DNA of 63,580 nt, filler included, from Globobulimina sp. (GCA_003354225.1; 48 parts of 48 records of this genome joined end to end with filler, not necessarily neighbours in it), one strand, 5' to 3'. Positions 1-12,206 are shown, counted from the whole stretch's first letter. Made by a program: numbers and translations. The notes: a model not told the origin generated them from the letters alone.

Positions 1-899
1 TATTATGGTCAAGGGAGGAGTGGAATGAGTACTTTTAATTAATCCACGCTCCCAGCAGGCAATTGACTAAGTGCTTTTTGAGTATTTAAGTAGTAGAAGA
101 TAAGAAAAAGTTAGTTGACAATGGTCAATTGAATTTAGAAAGGGTGTTTGACAAAGTTTTTTTAAATTCAGTACTTATCGGATAGGCATATTACATAGTA
201 CTTATCGATATTACACAAACACAGACAAAACACACAGAACAGATCACATTTTATCACAAAAGAAAATCGATCACAATAAATGACAATTTTCCTTGCGCAG
301 TAATCTTCGCATCTTTTATTTATAAATTTGTATAAATCCTTTGCGCTCCGCTGATTAATTGAATGTAGATTAATTTGGTCATAAACAACGAATTGTGTTA
401 AATTCATTATATGAAAACAGTCTAAAGTGTAGTTGACATTGGGTTAAATTTGTCAATCTAAAGTGTAGGTGACATTTAACTGAAGTTTTAAGTCTTGCCA
501 CTTATAAAATAGTTAGTTAGCAATAGTCTAATGGTGCTGGTCTTGTTTAGCACAAAATTACAATTAATAGTCTTCATTGTAAAATACAATATTTCCTTTG
601 GCACTATTTTTCCGGAACATAGTTGTGGAGTTTTTGCTATTTTGGAACAATCATTGCGGAAAAGTCAAAGTGCAAAGTCGTGATTTTGCGGAACAGTTTT
701 TAGAAGTGAGGAAACACAATGCGGATAATTTATACAGCTCAAGTTAATTTCAAAAGCATTAGCAGCGAGCTGAAATACGGGATCAATGGCAGGGTTTGAA
801 TAACCAGGTCCTGGGTACAGCTGGACGCTGTCGAGCTATGCTCGTTGACTGTGTATATTATCAAAGAAAAAATATATTATCCCTTGACAGGTCCATCTT

Positions 900-1157
900 A
901 TGATTCTTATCCGAAACACCTCTGTAAGAAGGAAAACAAGTTTATTAAATGGTTACAAATTCATACCATTGGCATTTGAAAGCTTTGGAGGAATCAGTAA
1001 GAAAGTTAAGAAATTAATTAATTCAGCATTATTATATAAAGCAAGCAGATTAAAAAATGATATTATGATATTAAAAAATAATTTTTATGCAAAATTCGCA
1101 ATTTTTATGAAGAAAAATATGATTGAATCATTAAGGAATCATTTTACAATACAATAA
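900..1157 (+). pseudogene. Degenerate C-terminus of a non-LTR retrotransposon protein with restriction-like endonuclease (CRE/R2-type)
   Basis: FIPLAFESFGGISK resembles the F-x-P-x-x-x-E-x-x-G motif at the end of RLE-type ORFs. The upstream frames are broken. Confidence 0.45.
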
Positions 1158-1228
1158 ATTTAATATAATCAAAACATTAAATAATCATTTTAGATTAAAG
1201 TAATTGCTCCGGATATTAACTTAATTCG

Positions 1229-1328
1229 NNNNNNNNNNNNNNNNNNNNNNNNNNNNNNNNNNNNNNNNNNNNTTAATTAATTAANNNNNNNNNNNNNNNN
1301 NNNNNNNNNNNNNNNNNNNNNNNNNNNN
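1229..1328. other. Artificial contig-joining spacer (first of about 47, recurring every ~1327 bp)
   Basis: N44-TTAATTAATTAA-N44 (all-frame stop linker) recurs throughout the window and flanking sequences are unrelated. Confidence 0.98.
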
Positions 1329-2556
1329 GAGATGCATCACAGACGGGGAATATTGGCGGTCAAAGCGTATGTTGTTCCACATTATCGGGAATGGCTTATC
1401 GCTGATGTTATTATAGAATTTAATATGATCAAGGAATCTGTTTAGGTGTATTTGTGGTATTTCGTCTGTGTTGTAATGCTGTATTTGGTTATGTATGTTT
1501 ATTGTAGTTATTTGATTATTTACTGGTTTTTGAAGGAGTATCATTGGAGCAGGTTTATTGCTATTTATTTGTGGGTGGTTATGGTATTCATGGTTGATTA
1601 GTATTATGTCATTGATATTATACGTATTTATGTTGTTTTTATTAATGGTGCTATCATTGTAAATTATTGTTTTGCATTTCTTTTGGTTGAATTTGTAGCA
1701 CCATTTATTGCTATGGTCCTCGCATACTTTTAGGAGCTTATTAAGGTGCGAGATTTTGTTTGCTGTCAGAATGATATCGTCCGCATATAGGGTGCATGCT
1801 ATGGGCTTATTGGGATCTGGCGAGGCCGCACCACAGTCACTTGCCTGAAGTTCATCAATGAGATCGTTAAGGAAGGCAGCATATAGTACTGGTGACAAGA
1901 CTGACCCTTGTAATACGCCATTGTGGAGGAGGAATTTATTAGTAATGAATGGCAGATCTCGTATGGCGGATTGAGAGTTATCATAAATGGCATAAATTAT
2001 CTTACATAGTTTTAGTGGTATGTTAAAGTGTGTGTTTAGTTTATACAACAAGCCTTTCCGCCACACAGTGTCGAATGCTTTCCGGATATCCAGCAGCGCG
2101 CTATATAGTGGTATTTCTCTCATTTTCGCCGTTTCGGCGATTAAGTTGATGGCACCTATCTGTTCTGGGACTCCTCTGCGTGATCGGTTGCCACCTTGCA
2201 ATATATGGAGATTACTGCGGAATTTGTGGGTGATGGACATTTCCCACAGTATTAAGCGTTCGTAGGCTTTAAATATAATCGGCAGCAACGTTATGGGTCT
2301 GTATTGGTTTGGGGTGTCACCCGTTTTAGTTTTCAAGATAGGGATAATGGAACCAAGGCGCCAGTAATATGGGATGAAATAAGTGACATTCCATACATTG
2401 AACATAATACAAAGCAAGTTATTGATTTGGCTGCCGTTTGTTTTAAGATGTATGGATTTTATGCCATCATAGCCTGGCGCACTATTTTGGTTGGCATACG
2501 AGATCGCCATCTCAATGGAAGTATATTTTGTTTTACGGCTAACACATTGGACTGGT
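1329..2556 (-). mobile_element. Non-LTR retrotransposon reverse transcriptase, partial
   Basis: Motifs in order: YRPITLL, LDIRKAFDTV, GVLQGSVLSP, LYADDI, FNQKKCK. Confidence 0.93.
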
Positions 2557-4032
2557 NNNNNNNNNNNNNNNNNNNNNNNNNNNNNNNNNNNNNNNNNNNN
2601 TTAATTAATTAANNNNNNNNNNNNNNNNNNNNNNNNNNNNNNNNNNNNNNNNNNNNAAAATCAATAACAGATTCATAATAGATTTATGGACAAACATTCG
2701 AAAGTCGAAACTTAATCGAAATACAAAAAAAAACAAAGCAATGTCAGAACAAATAACTAGTTCTTTTATAGGTTTTTTTTAGTAGTATCTGCTCAGAAAA
2801 AAAAGGAGGCGAAATAAAAAGTGTATAAATACTTTAGCAGCAAATCTGAGGATGTCGGGAAAGAGTGTGAGTGCATAATGTGGTCCGCGCCGGGCATTGA
2901 GCCAACTTTGTCCGTTCGATAAACACTGATTAAAACTGGCTGGAGGAGTTCGATGGAAACCATTCCATTCCATTATATATTTTAAATACGTGTTCGACGG
3001 TAAGTCTTTTAAAGTGAATATTGGTAAACGCGCGTCCGCGATGTTTAATTTCTGCGCGATGAGTTTGACCGAATCGTTTACAATTTTCGTCCAACTTTGG
3101 ATTCGCGTGGTTACTGTTCGTTGTTCGGTTTTCTAGAAAATAAAAATACAAAACAAAAATATTTTGTATATATTTATGTCAGATCTTACTTATTATATAT
3201 TTTTTTGCTTGCTCAACTATTAACATTTCGCGTGTTTGACTGATCCAATTGTTGAGGTTGTTGCTGTTTTGTTTTTGCTGTGTGTACAAATATAAGTGAT
3301 ACGCAGCGCTATATATATTAAGAAAGGACCAAACTGCATTCACTGAGTGTGGCTGTACATAAGCTGCATTTGCATTGTTGTGCTGGTTGTTGGTGTTATT
3401 TATATTGGTGGTGTTGCTAAGCATTTGTTGTAGCATGTTATTCATATTTACACTCATTTTACTCAGTTTGTCGTTTGTTGTGTTCTTCATTCGTTTGTTG
3501 AATTGGTTTCTTCGTTGAATTGGTCTTCTTTGACTACTCGTGCGGAGAAACAAGATGCTCACCACAAGTTACAGTTTGCAAATGTAATATTCTGATCAGG
3601 GAGAAAAAAGGAGGATGCAAAGATATCCAAGGTTCTGTCACAAAAAAACTGTTTGAGCTACTTGGGTATTTAGTAGTTTTTCTTACTTAATATCTTATGA
3701 ACAATGTCCACCGGATAATATGTCCGGATTACTCCATGTAGAACCTACTGAGATATTCTCGCCACCATATGCTATATTCGGCCCTCATCCTGAACCCCGT
3801 GACCGGTCGACTGGCGCTCGGGATCGCGGAGATCGACTTCGACGATGTTCTGAGGATCTACGTCCGCTGGAGTCTCGGCCTGGGNNNNNNNNNNNNNNNN
3901 NNNNNNNNNNNNNNNNNNNNNNNNNNNNTTAATTAATTAANNNNNNNNNNNNNNNNNNNNNNNNNNNNNNNNNNNNNNNNNNNNCCTTGACAGCTCCACC
4001 ATTTCGTAAATATATGATTAGATAATATATAA

Positions 4033-4077
4033 TATTAGTACTAATATGCGTACCTCTTATCGGGAACACTACTGTAC
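4033..4077 (-). mobile_element. Terminal repeat of a Tc1/mariner-pogo-like DNA transposon or MITE
   Basis: Reverse complement reads TA-CAGTAGTGTTCCCGATAAGAGGTACGCATATTAGTACTAATAT. The same sequence is on + at about 50202-50247 in another contig. TA followed by CAGT is typical of this superfamily. Confidence 0.7.
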
Positions 4078-4107
4078 ACTAACTACACTAATCATTATAA
4101 GTGACAG

Positions 4108-4201
4108 TTCTCGGACCCTAACCAACGTCAACTAGGCGTGGTAGAGATTTGTGTCAATTCTCGGACCCTAACCAGCGTCATCAGGCGTGGCAGAGATTTG
4201 T
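4108..4201 (+). repeat. Two imperfect ~50-bp tandem repeats upstream of ORF 4250
   Basis: TTCTCGGACCCTAACCA...GGCGTGG(T/C)AGAGATTTG occurs twice. Confidence 0.85.
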
Positions 4202-4249
4202 TTGTTGTGAATTGTTATTGATTTAGTATTTGAGGAAGAGAAGAAAATC

Positions 4250-5212
4250 ATGACAACCTTTTATGGATTTAATTATAATAATATGCGAAATATGGGCATG
4301 AATGATACATTTTATGCTCGACAATCTATGGTTGATACAAAAAAATGTGCCAAAGCTGAAGAAATAATTAATTGTATCAATGGAAATTTTCAGAAATTAT
4401 TACAAATAGTCGTAGGTAGCAATGATTTGTATAAGAAAGAATCGGAAAAAAATAATAAGAATATGATGAATATTAATAATAATTTTGATTTTATTTTTAA
4501 GTCATTGAAAAAATTGAGTTCAAACTTCAATGATCAGAATTTGAGAATAAATGATTTAAAAGAAAAATATCCATTAAAAATGCTCGAAAAAGTAAAAGAA
4601 TACATTGGTGAGCAAGTAAATTTATTACGCTTCGATCTATCACTTATTTATGGCGATATTATAAAATTATTTGATGAATTTGCAAATAAAAATAAGAATA
4701 AAAATATAATTTTAGAACCAGAATATGACATTAACTCTTTTGAATTTCATGACGATGCTAAACATGAAAGCGAATTACAGTTTGAATATGATGTGCTACA
4801 AAATTCACTTATTAGTGTAGCTAAAATTGATTTGGAAATTGCTGAAAATAGAATTGATTTAAAAAATAATAACAGCGGTAATATCATATCATTACCACGA
4901 CAGAATAAAATTAAAAATAAGAGGAAAAGAAAGGAAAAGACACCAAAGAATGTCAAAGCAAAGCCGCCAGACAAAATTATTGGTAAATTTGTGTGTAGCA
5001 ACGCCTTTATTACACCAAAATTTAGAAGAAGCAGAGCGTCTGAGGATGACCGAGCAGCACAAGAAATATTAGATATTGTTGAAAATAATTATCATGGACT
5101 TAAAATAAAATGTGAGCGATTTGGAGACTTATCAAGAAAAATCAGCCAATCACTTTTATTAACCTCATCTGGGAGCATTGGTATTAAATGGTTAGAGAGA
5201 AAAATTAGGAGC
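4250..5212 (+). CDS. Hypothetical protein, 3'-truncated; possibly a retroelement ORF1
   Basis: Intronless ORF of about 320 codons with a coiled coil and a basic KAKPPDK linker; no family recognised. Confidence 0.5.
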
Positions 5213-5917
5213 NNNNNNNNNNNNNNNNNNNNNNNNNNNNNNNNNNNNNNNNNNNNTTAATTAATTAANNNNNNNNNNNNNNNNNNNNNNNNNNNNNNNN
5301 NNNNNNNNNNNNTTTGCCATTATATTGTTTGATATTGGTGCTGTAGTAGGATTTAGTATATTTTTGTCAATTTTCTTAATTTTGCATGTCTAGCTTTATT
5401 GTGATAATCTTGTCAAAAATTTAATTTATAGCTTTTTGAGCGAAAGTGAAGTGTATGTCTGAAATTAACATTTTATTCACTTAAATGTGGTATTTATAGG
5501 ATTGTTTTACAAAAATTTCACCGATAATTTATTTTTATCGATAACATTCTAGTCAAAATTTGTGGAGAATATTAGTCATCGATCACTTTGAGATTACTAG
5601 TCATTGATTATTTCAAGATTACTAGTCATTGATTACTTTTAGATTACCTAGTCATAGATCATTTGAATTTTTAACGTCAGATTTAAATTTTTGAAACATA
5701 TTTACATGCAATTTGTGATGAAAATAGCATCAACTCCCCATTGTAAATAAACCTTTAATGTATTGAACTGTGATATGTAAATAAAATAAAGATTCCTTAC
5801 ATGTAAGCAATTATTTTGCAGCTATTGGTTAGGTAGTGCAGGGAGTGATTCATTACAGCACATATCCATGGTTTTGGTGAGTCTTAGTAGTTAAGGCTAA
5901 CACCATTAGATTAAGGG

Positions 5918-6163
5918 TCTGTTACACTGATCAGATAACTTGCAATTTGGCTAAAAACTATTTTTTGCTAAAAATACGGAAACTCCGTCAAAAGACGTCA
6001 ATTCCGTCTTTTCTGTTAATTGGTCAAATTTAATTAAAACAATTTATTTTTCTAAAAATACGGAAACTCCGTCAAAAGACGTTAATTCCGTCTTTTCCAT
6101 AAATTAGTCAAATTTAATTATTAATTCAAACTTTCAAATTTAAATACGACTCAGTGTAACAGA
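5918..6163. mobile_element. MITE-like element with 13-bp TIRs and an internal duplication
   Basis: TCTGTTACACTGA (5918-5930) and TCAGTGTAACAGA (6151-6163); CTAAAAATACGGAAACTCCGTCAAAAGACG occurs twice inside. Confidence 0.6.
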
Positions 6164-6639
6164 TAGGTGAGTATTGCATGATGTACTAAATATTTATTTT
6201 CAGTTTGTGTTGTAGTGTATACATATTATTGCCCTCTTCATTAACTCCCGAACAGACGTGGTGCCCGATTGCGTCGCGGAAATTCCGTATTTTCGTCGTC
6301 TTTTCTTTAACTTCATGTAATTCTGCGGCAAATATTGTATAATTTTCTCGGTTATTTTCGCTGTAACTTTTACGTAAATTTTACAAATATTTTACGTAAA
6401 TACTTCGTACAAATTGTGTTGCATGCGCATTTGAGAATTTTGCGCTTATCAGCATACACTTTGTATGATATTGTATTTACTCAGGTGATAAAATCTATTA
6501 CAATTTACTGTACTGTAAATTAATAAATTTTGTGGTGTANNNNNNNNNNNNNNNNNNNNNNNNNNNNNNNNNNNNNNNNNNNNTTAATTAATTAANNNNN
6601 NNNNNNNNNNNNNNNNNNNNNNNNNNNNNNNNNNNNNNN

Positions 6640-7800
6640 GCACCAACCGCAACAACAAATACTCCAACTCCTTCTCCAACACCAGCACTAACATCTCCCC
6701 CAACACCAACACCAACACCAACACCTTCTCCAACCCCTCCTCCAACACCAACACCAACACATTCCCCAACACCATCTCCTACAACCAATCCAACATACAA
6801 TCCAAGTGCTGCACCAACCACATTTGCACCTACGTTTAATCCAACACGCACACCTACCAATAATCCAACTGATTCACCTACTACAGATCCAACACTATCT
6901 CCTTCAATTGCACCTACTAATAATCCTACCACTGCACCCAGTACATTCCCAAGCAATAATCCTACGAATCCACCCAGCAATGCTCCAACAACTGCACCAA
7001 GTCATATTCCATCTGTTGCGCCAACTCATATTCCAACAACACAACCTATCACAACACAACCAACGCCAACTACACTGAGTCCAACAGCAGCTAAAGGTAT
7101 CGTACTTTACTAGGGTCAGACAGATACATTAGGCACAGACTTATAAATGCAATATATCTCACAAACTAATATTCATTTTTGGACATATATATATGTAGAT
7201 GGCGAAGTGGATGACAGTGATATCGATGGAACAGATAACGGACAGACAGTGGCCGAAGAAAATGATTCTGATTCATTGACAAGAACCATATTGAATGAGT
7301 ATAAAATAATGTTTATATTTGTATTATGTTCAATTATTTTAACGTGCTTTCTATGCTGTTATTTTATTGCATATATCGTGAAAAAAAGGAAAAGAAAACT
7401 AAGTGAGAGAATGACCGGTAATATGGAAATGAACATTGAAATGGTAAGAATGTCATCGGATGTTGACGGGGAGAAAAGCATCAAACGAATGCATTCATTG
7501 AGTTCCCCGTCAACGGATTTAATAATAACGCCGGAGTCATTTAATAATAGGTTGGGAGCCGAAGATGCTGAGCAAATGTCATCGTTGCCATCTTTGCCAC
7601 CGCTGCCATTGCAGGACATTGGGTCAACGATGCCGTCATTACCACCATCGATGGGGAAGGCGCTACAAAATAATGCGGAAATTGAAGCACTTCCACCACC
7701 AACAGAGGGTATTGATTTATATGGACATGAAAATGATGAAAACGAGGATGAAGCGATGTATTGTAATCAAACATTATCGCAAGTTACTACTGGGCAATAA
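6640..7800 (+). CDS. Pro/Thr (PT)-repeat single-pass membrane protein, 5'-truncated, intron 7097-7198
   Basis: Open PTxxPT frame; the GT..AG intron joins K-D in frame; TM segment IMFIFVLCSIILTCFLCCYFIAYIV followed by KKRKRK. Confidence 0.8.
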
Positions 7801-7966
7801 TGTACAGTATATGAAAATAATTAATGCTGTTTTCTTTGTTTTTGATTCTGTTTTCCTGTAACACTTNNNNNNNNNNNNNNNNNNNNNNNNNNNNNNNNNN
7901 NNNNNNNNNNTTAATTAATTAANNNNNNNNNNNNNNNNNNNNNNNNNNNNNNNNNNNNNNNNNNNN

Positions 7967-9193
7967 AAAATCCAATCTCTGCTAGAAGTGACTGAAAAGG
8001 TGACATGCTTTCGAATGTTTAACCTCCGAACTTAGTTGACCCCAGTCAATTGTTAGCAGATTTATTTTGTTCGGCTGCAGCTGGTTTATCCTGTTTTGCG
8101 TCTGGAAGACCCTGTGGTTTTGCCATTTATTATTGTTTTAATTGTAATTAACAGTTTTGATCGAATCTGCTGATTGTTTTATACGTAACGTCAATGAGAT
8201 ATTGTGTAGCTAAATTGACGTCTTGATTGGCGGCAGTTAGCGCGTCCACAACGTCGTGATGTTAGTAGCCAGCACAGACAGCAGTCACAGAGTGATGGAC
8301 AGAATTTAAAATTTGATTATGCAAAAGCAAAACGTTGCGTACAAGACATCAATTTGGGCTTTAGCTGGAAGCGTTCTAAAAAGTGATTCACGTCCCTTCG
8401 AAACATTTATCAAGATATACATATCCAAAAATTCATTTCAAAATTACCTCTTACATTAAATTATTATACTCATAAACACCCATAAAAAGCATGGGGATTC
8501 CATAACACAGCATAATATATATAGCCTTGCATGTTATATAATTGTTTGTTTGATATTTTATGAAAAATATATATGTTTTTTTTTATATAAAATTGCAAAA
8601 GTATAACAGAAACACAAACAAAAAACAGAAATTAAAAATAATAAAATCATTAAAATGTGATGATTGGGATTGGAACCCAAATCTTATTTAAATATATGCT
8701 TTCCTTAAGCTATCATCACAATAAATTAGACGCCGTACATTATCTATTTATCGTTTTGTTTGTGTGATTGGTAATAATTTATTGCCACTAAAATCTCATT
8801 ATAAACTCATTTTTTGCTTTACTGTGGCTGTTGATTTTTGGAGCATGTGTATCATAGCAGAGGCTTTTATTTTAATTATTACTTTAATCCATAAAATTAT
8901 ATACCTTTTAATCCATTCCAATATGCTCCACACGACGTATAATAACTATATATACTATTTTATTTTTTATTTTTATTGCAAAATCGCCTGTTGTTTTTGA
9001 GACTGCTTTTAAACTAAGATAGCATATGCTTATGTTTCATAAATGTTTCGTATGTAAACCGCTATCGTAGTTTAAAAATCCAATCTCTGCTAGAAGTGAC
9101 TGAAAAGGTGACATGCTTTCGAATGTTTAACCTCCGAACTTAGTTGACCCCAGTCAATTGTTAGCAGATTTATTTTGTTCGGCTGCAGCTGGT
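7967..9193. repeat. Contig with an exact 119-bp terminal direct repeat: 1108-bp circular or tandem unit, non-coding
   Basis: 7967-8085 is identical to 9075-9193. Confidence 0.92.
8656..8720 (-). ncRNA. tRNA-like element without a proper anticodon arm
   Basis: TGTGATGA-TA-GCTTAAGGAAAGC-ATATATTTAAATA-AGAT-TTGGG TTCCAAT CCCAA-TCATCACA: 8-bp acceptor stem, D arm and 5-bp T arm. Confidence 0.7.
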
Positions 9194-9772
9194 NNNNNNN
9201 NNNNNNNNNNNNNNNNNNNNNNNNNNNNNNNNNNNNNTTAATTAATTAANNNNNNNNNNNNNNNNNNNNNNNNNNNNNNNNNNNNNNNNNNNNAAGGAAT
9301 GCATGGGGAGAATTTACATGACTTTGGTTTAAGGTATCAAGAGGAATTAGGCCCAGATGCATTCGAACAAAGCAATTGGAAACGTATTCAAAGAAATAAG
9401 ATTATGGCGCCTTCCTGGCTGAGCATTTGCCGGCACAAATAGGCACAGCATAAAAACAGGTTGCAGACACGCCGAGTCTTGAATAAATGTATGGGCTACT
9501 AAACTGTAGGGGGTAATAGAGGAAGACGAGGCGACTTAGTTACGAGTACAGGAAGTGGGCATGTTGGCACAAAAGCTAACCAACCATGCACGCTTCCACA
9601 AATAACTTTTTCACAGTATTAGGTATCACCGTAGCGTCAAGTAACCTTTACTAAGACTACCCATGAAGTAATCGTTTTTTACAGACAAAGCATTGCAATC
9701 AGTTCAGTTGAGAAATGATGAAGATAAAGGTATACCAGGTGAACACATTTGGACAACGTAACATAATATTTT

Positions 9773-10096
9773 AGTGACATACATCGTGCTCTGTATAAAT
9801 TATGAAGTTCAACTACAAGCATCGTTTGCGTCAACTTCACTTAAACGATAACAGCGCGTTCTACGGCCAAAGTAACTTAAACTTCAATGTGCATTGAGTG
9901 ACATACACCGTGCTCTGTATAAATTATGAAGTTCAACTACAAGCATCGTTTGCGTCAACTTAACTTAAACGATAAGTAGACGTTGTATGCCTTAAGTCAC
10001 CACAACTTTGTTGTGCTTTGAGTGTTATACAAGCTGTCAAGTACTACTAAAAGCATCGGTTGCGTCATCTTTACTAAAACGACTACGGCGCGTTCT
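9773..10096 (+). repeat. 124-bp tandem repeat, two good copies and one degenerate copy
   Basis: GTGCTCTGTATAAATTATGAAGTTCAACTACAAGCATCGTTTGCGTCAAC starts at 9786 and 9910. Confidence 0.9.
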
Positions 10097-10248
10097 TTGT
10101 AATCGTTAATCTGGTATCAAACCAACCTGTATGTCCTTTGCACGTATTCTTCTTTCCACAATTTACACCCTATAAGTTATCACCATTGTGTCAAGTTATT
10201 GGCATTTACTTAGTCATTTTTATTCCTTTGAGTACTTAGGTAAGAAGC

Positions 10249-10333
10249 CTGGCAGGTTGTCTACTGACGAGGTCCCCCTGTCCAGTGCTCTGTATCAGGT
10301 CTAGATAATTAATGGACCGAAACCTGATTCAGA
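10249..10333 (+). ncRNA. Hammerhead ribozyme with non-circularly permuted strand order
   Basis: Core CUGACGA 10264-10270, GAAA 10319-10322, GUC 10299-10301. Stem I 10257-63/10302-08; stem II 10271-75/10314-18; stem III 10322-28/10294-10300. Confidence 0.85.
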
Positions 10334-10436
10334 TAGGAGTAAAATTGCCTTATATAGTTGTACTGGGACGGATTTCCATCATTTTTTTAAAATATAGCCT
10401 TTTTATTTGTTTTTCACTTAATATAATTTTATTACA

Positions 10437-10520
10437 TACAGGGTGGTCCACCTAAAAGTGTCGATTTCATTCTTTTATAACTTTTCTAATTTTCAACGAA
10501 AGTTAATGAAATTTTCACAC
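10437..10520 (+). mobile_element. Probable left end of a Tc1/mariner-family element
   Basis: TA-CAGGGTGGTCCA terminus, then truncated by the contig end. Confidence 0.5.
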
Positions 10521-10620
10521 NNNNNNNNNNNNNNNNNNNNNNNNNNNNNNNNNNNNNNNNNNNNTTAATTAATTAANNNNNNNNNNNNNNNNNNNNNNNN
10601 NNNNNNNNNNNNNNNNNNNN

Positions 10621-11761
10621 ATTCTCAGCAACGCGACCATTCGAACAGATTAGTATTGATATCGTCGGACCATTGCCGACCACCGATGACGGATTCAAAT
10701 ATATGGTAACTATGATTGACAAGTTTAGTCGCTTGTGTATGATACAAGCAGTAAAGGAGACAGACACTCCGACCATAATACGAGCATTGGAGCGTTGGTA
10801 CTGTACATACGGACCACCAGACGCTATATTATCCGATAACGGGTCCCAGTTTCTATCAAAGATATATCAACATTACCAAAACACAAATAAGACAGACATA
10901 AAGTACATAACTGCGTATCATCCGGAATGCAATGGGCAAATTGAACGGCTCCATAGATGGATAAAAGAGAGGCTCGCGATGCTCGCATATGACTTAGGAC
11001 TGCAATTCGCTGTTGGTGCTGCGTACCAATGTGATAACTGGGCGCATTATTTGCCAATAATACAATATAAATACAATACCACCATAAATAGAATGACTTC
11101 GTATACTCCATACAATATAATATTCGGTATGGACACAAATGACATAAAAAAGATAAAATTCGATCCCAAATCGCCCGAATCATATAAAAAATACATGGCA
11201 GCACGGATACACATAATACGAAATACAGCAAATGAGAAGCAACGAAAATATGATACCGTACGAAAACGTTCCTATGATAAACGTTCCCGTAATATACGAA
11301 TAAGGAAAGGTGATAAAATACGTTATGACGCCTCGCAAAGCTGGAATAAGAGCGAGAAGTCATTAATAGCAAACTACGTGGGACCGTATGTGGTATTAGA
11401 TACATTGAATAATAATAAAACGCTCCATATTCAAGATATTGACAAAATATATGATCCATTCTGGACCGATGTAATGTATTGTAAACCGCATATGGATGAT
11501 GATGAGAGCCCAACGGATGTGTTGTTGACTCATTATGTACATGATATAAATCAGATTGATATGAATTTGAATGTGAACAAACCAAATAAACGACAATTAG
11601 ATAGATTGCATGGCGCATTGTATTATAATAAGTTATTCTTCGCGTATGCATGCAATCCGTTGTTACAAATTAATAATAGACCGAATAGCGAAGCGTTTAT
11701 GAATATGATTAATATGGATTCGATGGAATCGACTATGACTGACTGTGAATTAATTGATTGA
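10621..11761 (+). mobile_element. Ty3/Gypsy-type LTR retrotransposon integrase, 5'-truncated
   Basis: IDIVGPLP, IDKFSR, SDNGSQF and AYHPECNGQIER (DDE core), plus a GPY motif. Confidence 0.93.
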
Positions 11762-11773
11762 GCGATATCCTTT

Positions 11774-11847
11774 GAAGGAAAGGGTGATGTGGAGGTTATG
11801 GCTTGTGACTGACTTTGTAATGTTTTTTGATGTTTATTCTTGTGCTT
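11774..11847 (+). mobile_element. Polypurine tract and start of the 3' LTR
   Basis: GAAGGAAAGGGTGA followed by TGTGG shortly after the integrase stop codon. Confidence 0.7.
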
Positions 11848-12132
11848 NNNNNNNNNNNNNNNNNNNNNNNNNNNNNNNNNNNNNNNNNNNNTTAATTAAT
11901 TAANNNNNNNNNNNNNNNNNNNNNNNNNNNNNNNNNNNNNNNNNNNNGTATGGTATGAGTACAGCACCTACCGAGCTCAGGTATTGTTGCTTATTCATAT
12001 CTCTGCATATTAGAAGAATTTAAAAAAATTCCACGGTGCTGAAGCATCTAATTTGTCAGAAATTTCGTGCATAAAGAAACTCCATCGATAATAAAGGCGA
12101 TTATGATGAAGACAAAAAAATAGATTCCATAC

Positions 12133-12206
12133 TGTCGGCCTAGCTCAAGAAGAGCACTGTGTCAGATGCGTCCAGAGATTCAGGTTCAAATCCTGAGGCT
12201 ACGCCA
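12133..12206 (+). ncRNA. tRNA-like element (SINE-head-like)
   Basis: TGTCGGCC-TAGCTCAAGAAGAGC...AGAT-TCAGG TTCAAAT CCTGA-GGCTACG-CCA, with A- and B-box-like motifs. Confidence 0.75.

Noticed and set aside
3760-3884. GC-rich contig tails here and at about 24950-25117
   Set aside because: Abrupt composition change at contig ends is most simply chimeric or low-coverage sequence.
4156-4190. Minus-strand CTGATGA...CGAGAA as a hammerhead
   Set aside because: No paired stem II, no GAAA, and the motif is not kept in the sister repeat.
6588-6980. Gly/Val-rich ORFs here and at 50883-51095
   Set aside because: Antisense shadows of PT-repeat genes.
10824-11651. 275-aa antisense ORF over the integrase
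   Set aside because: His/Tyr-rich with no motif; a shadow of the coding strand.
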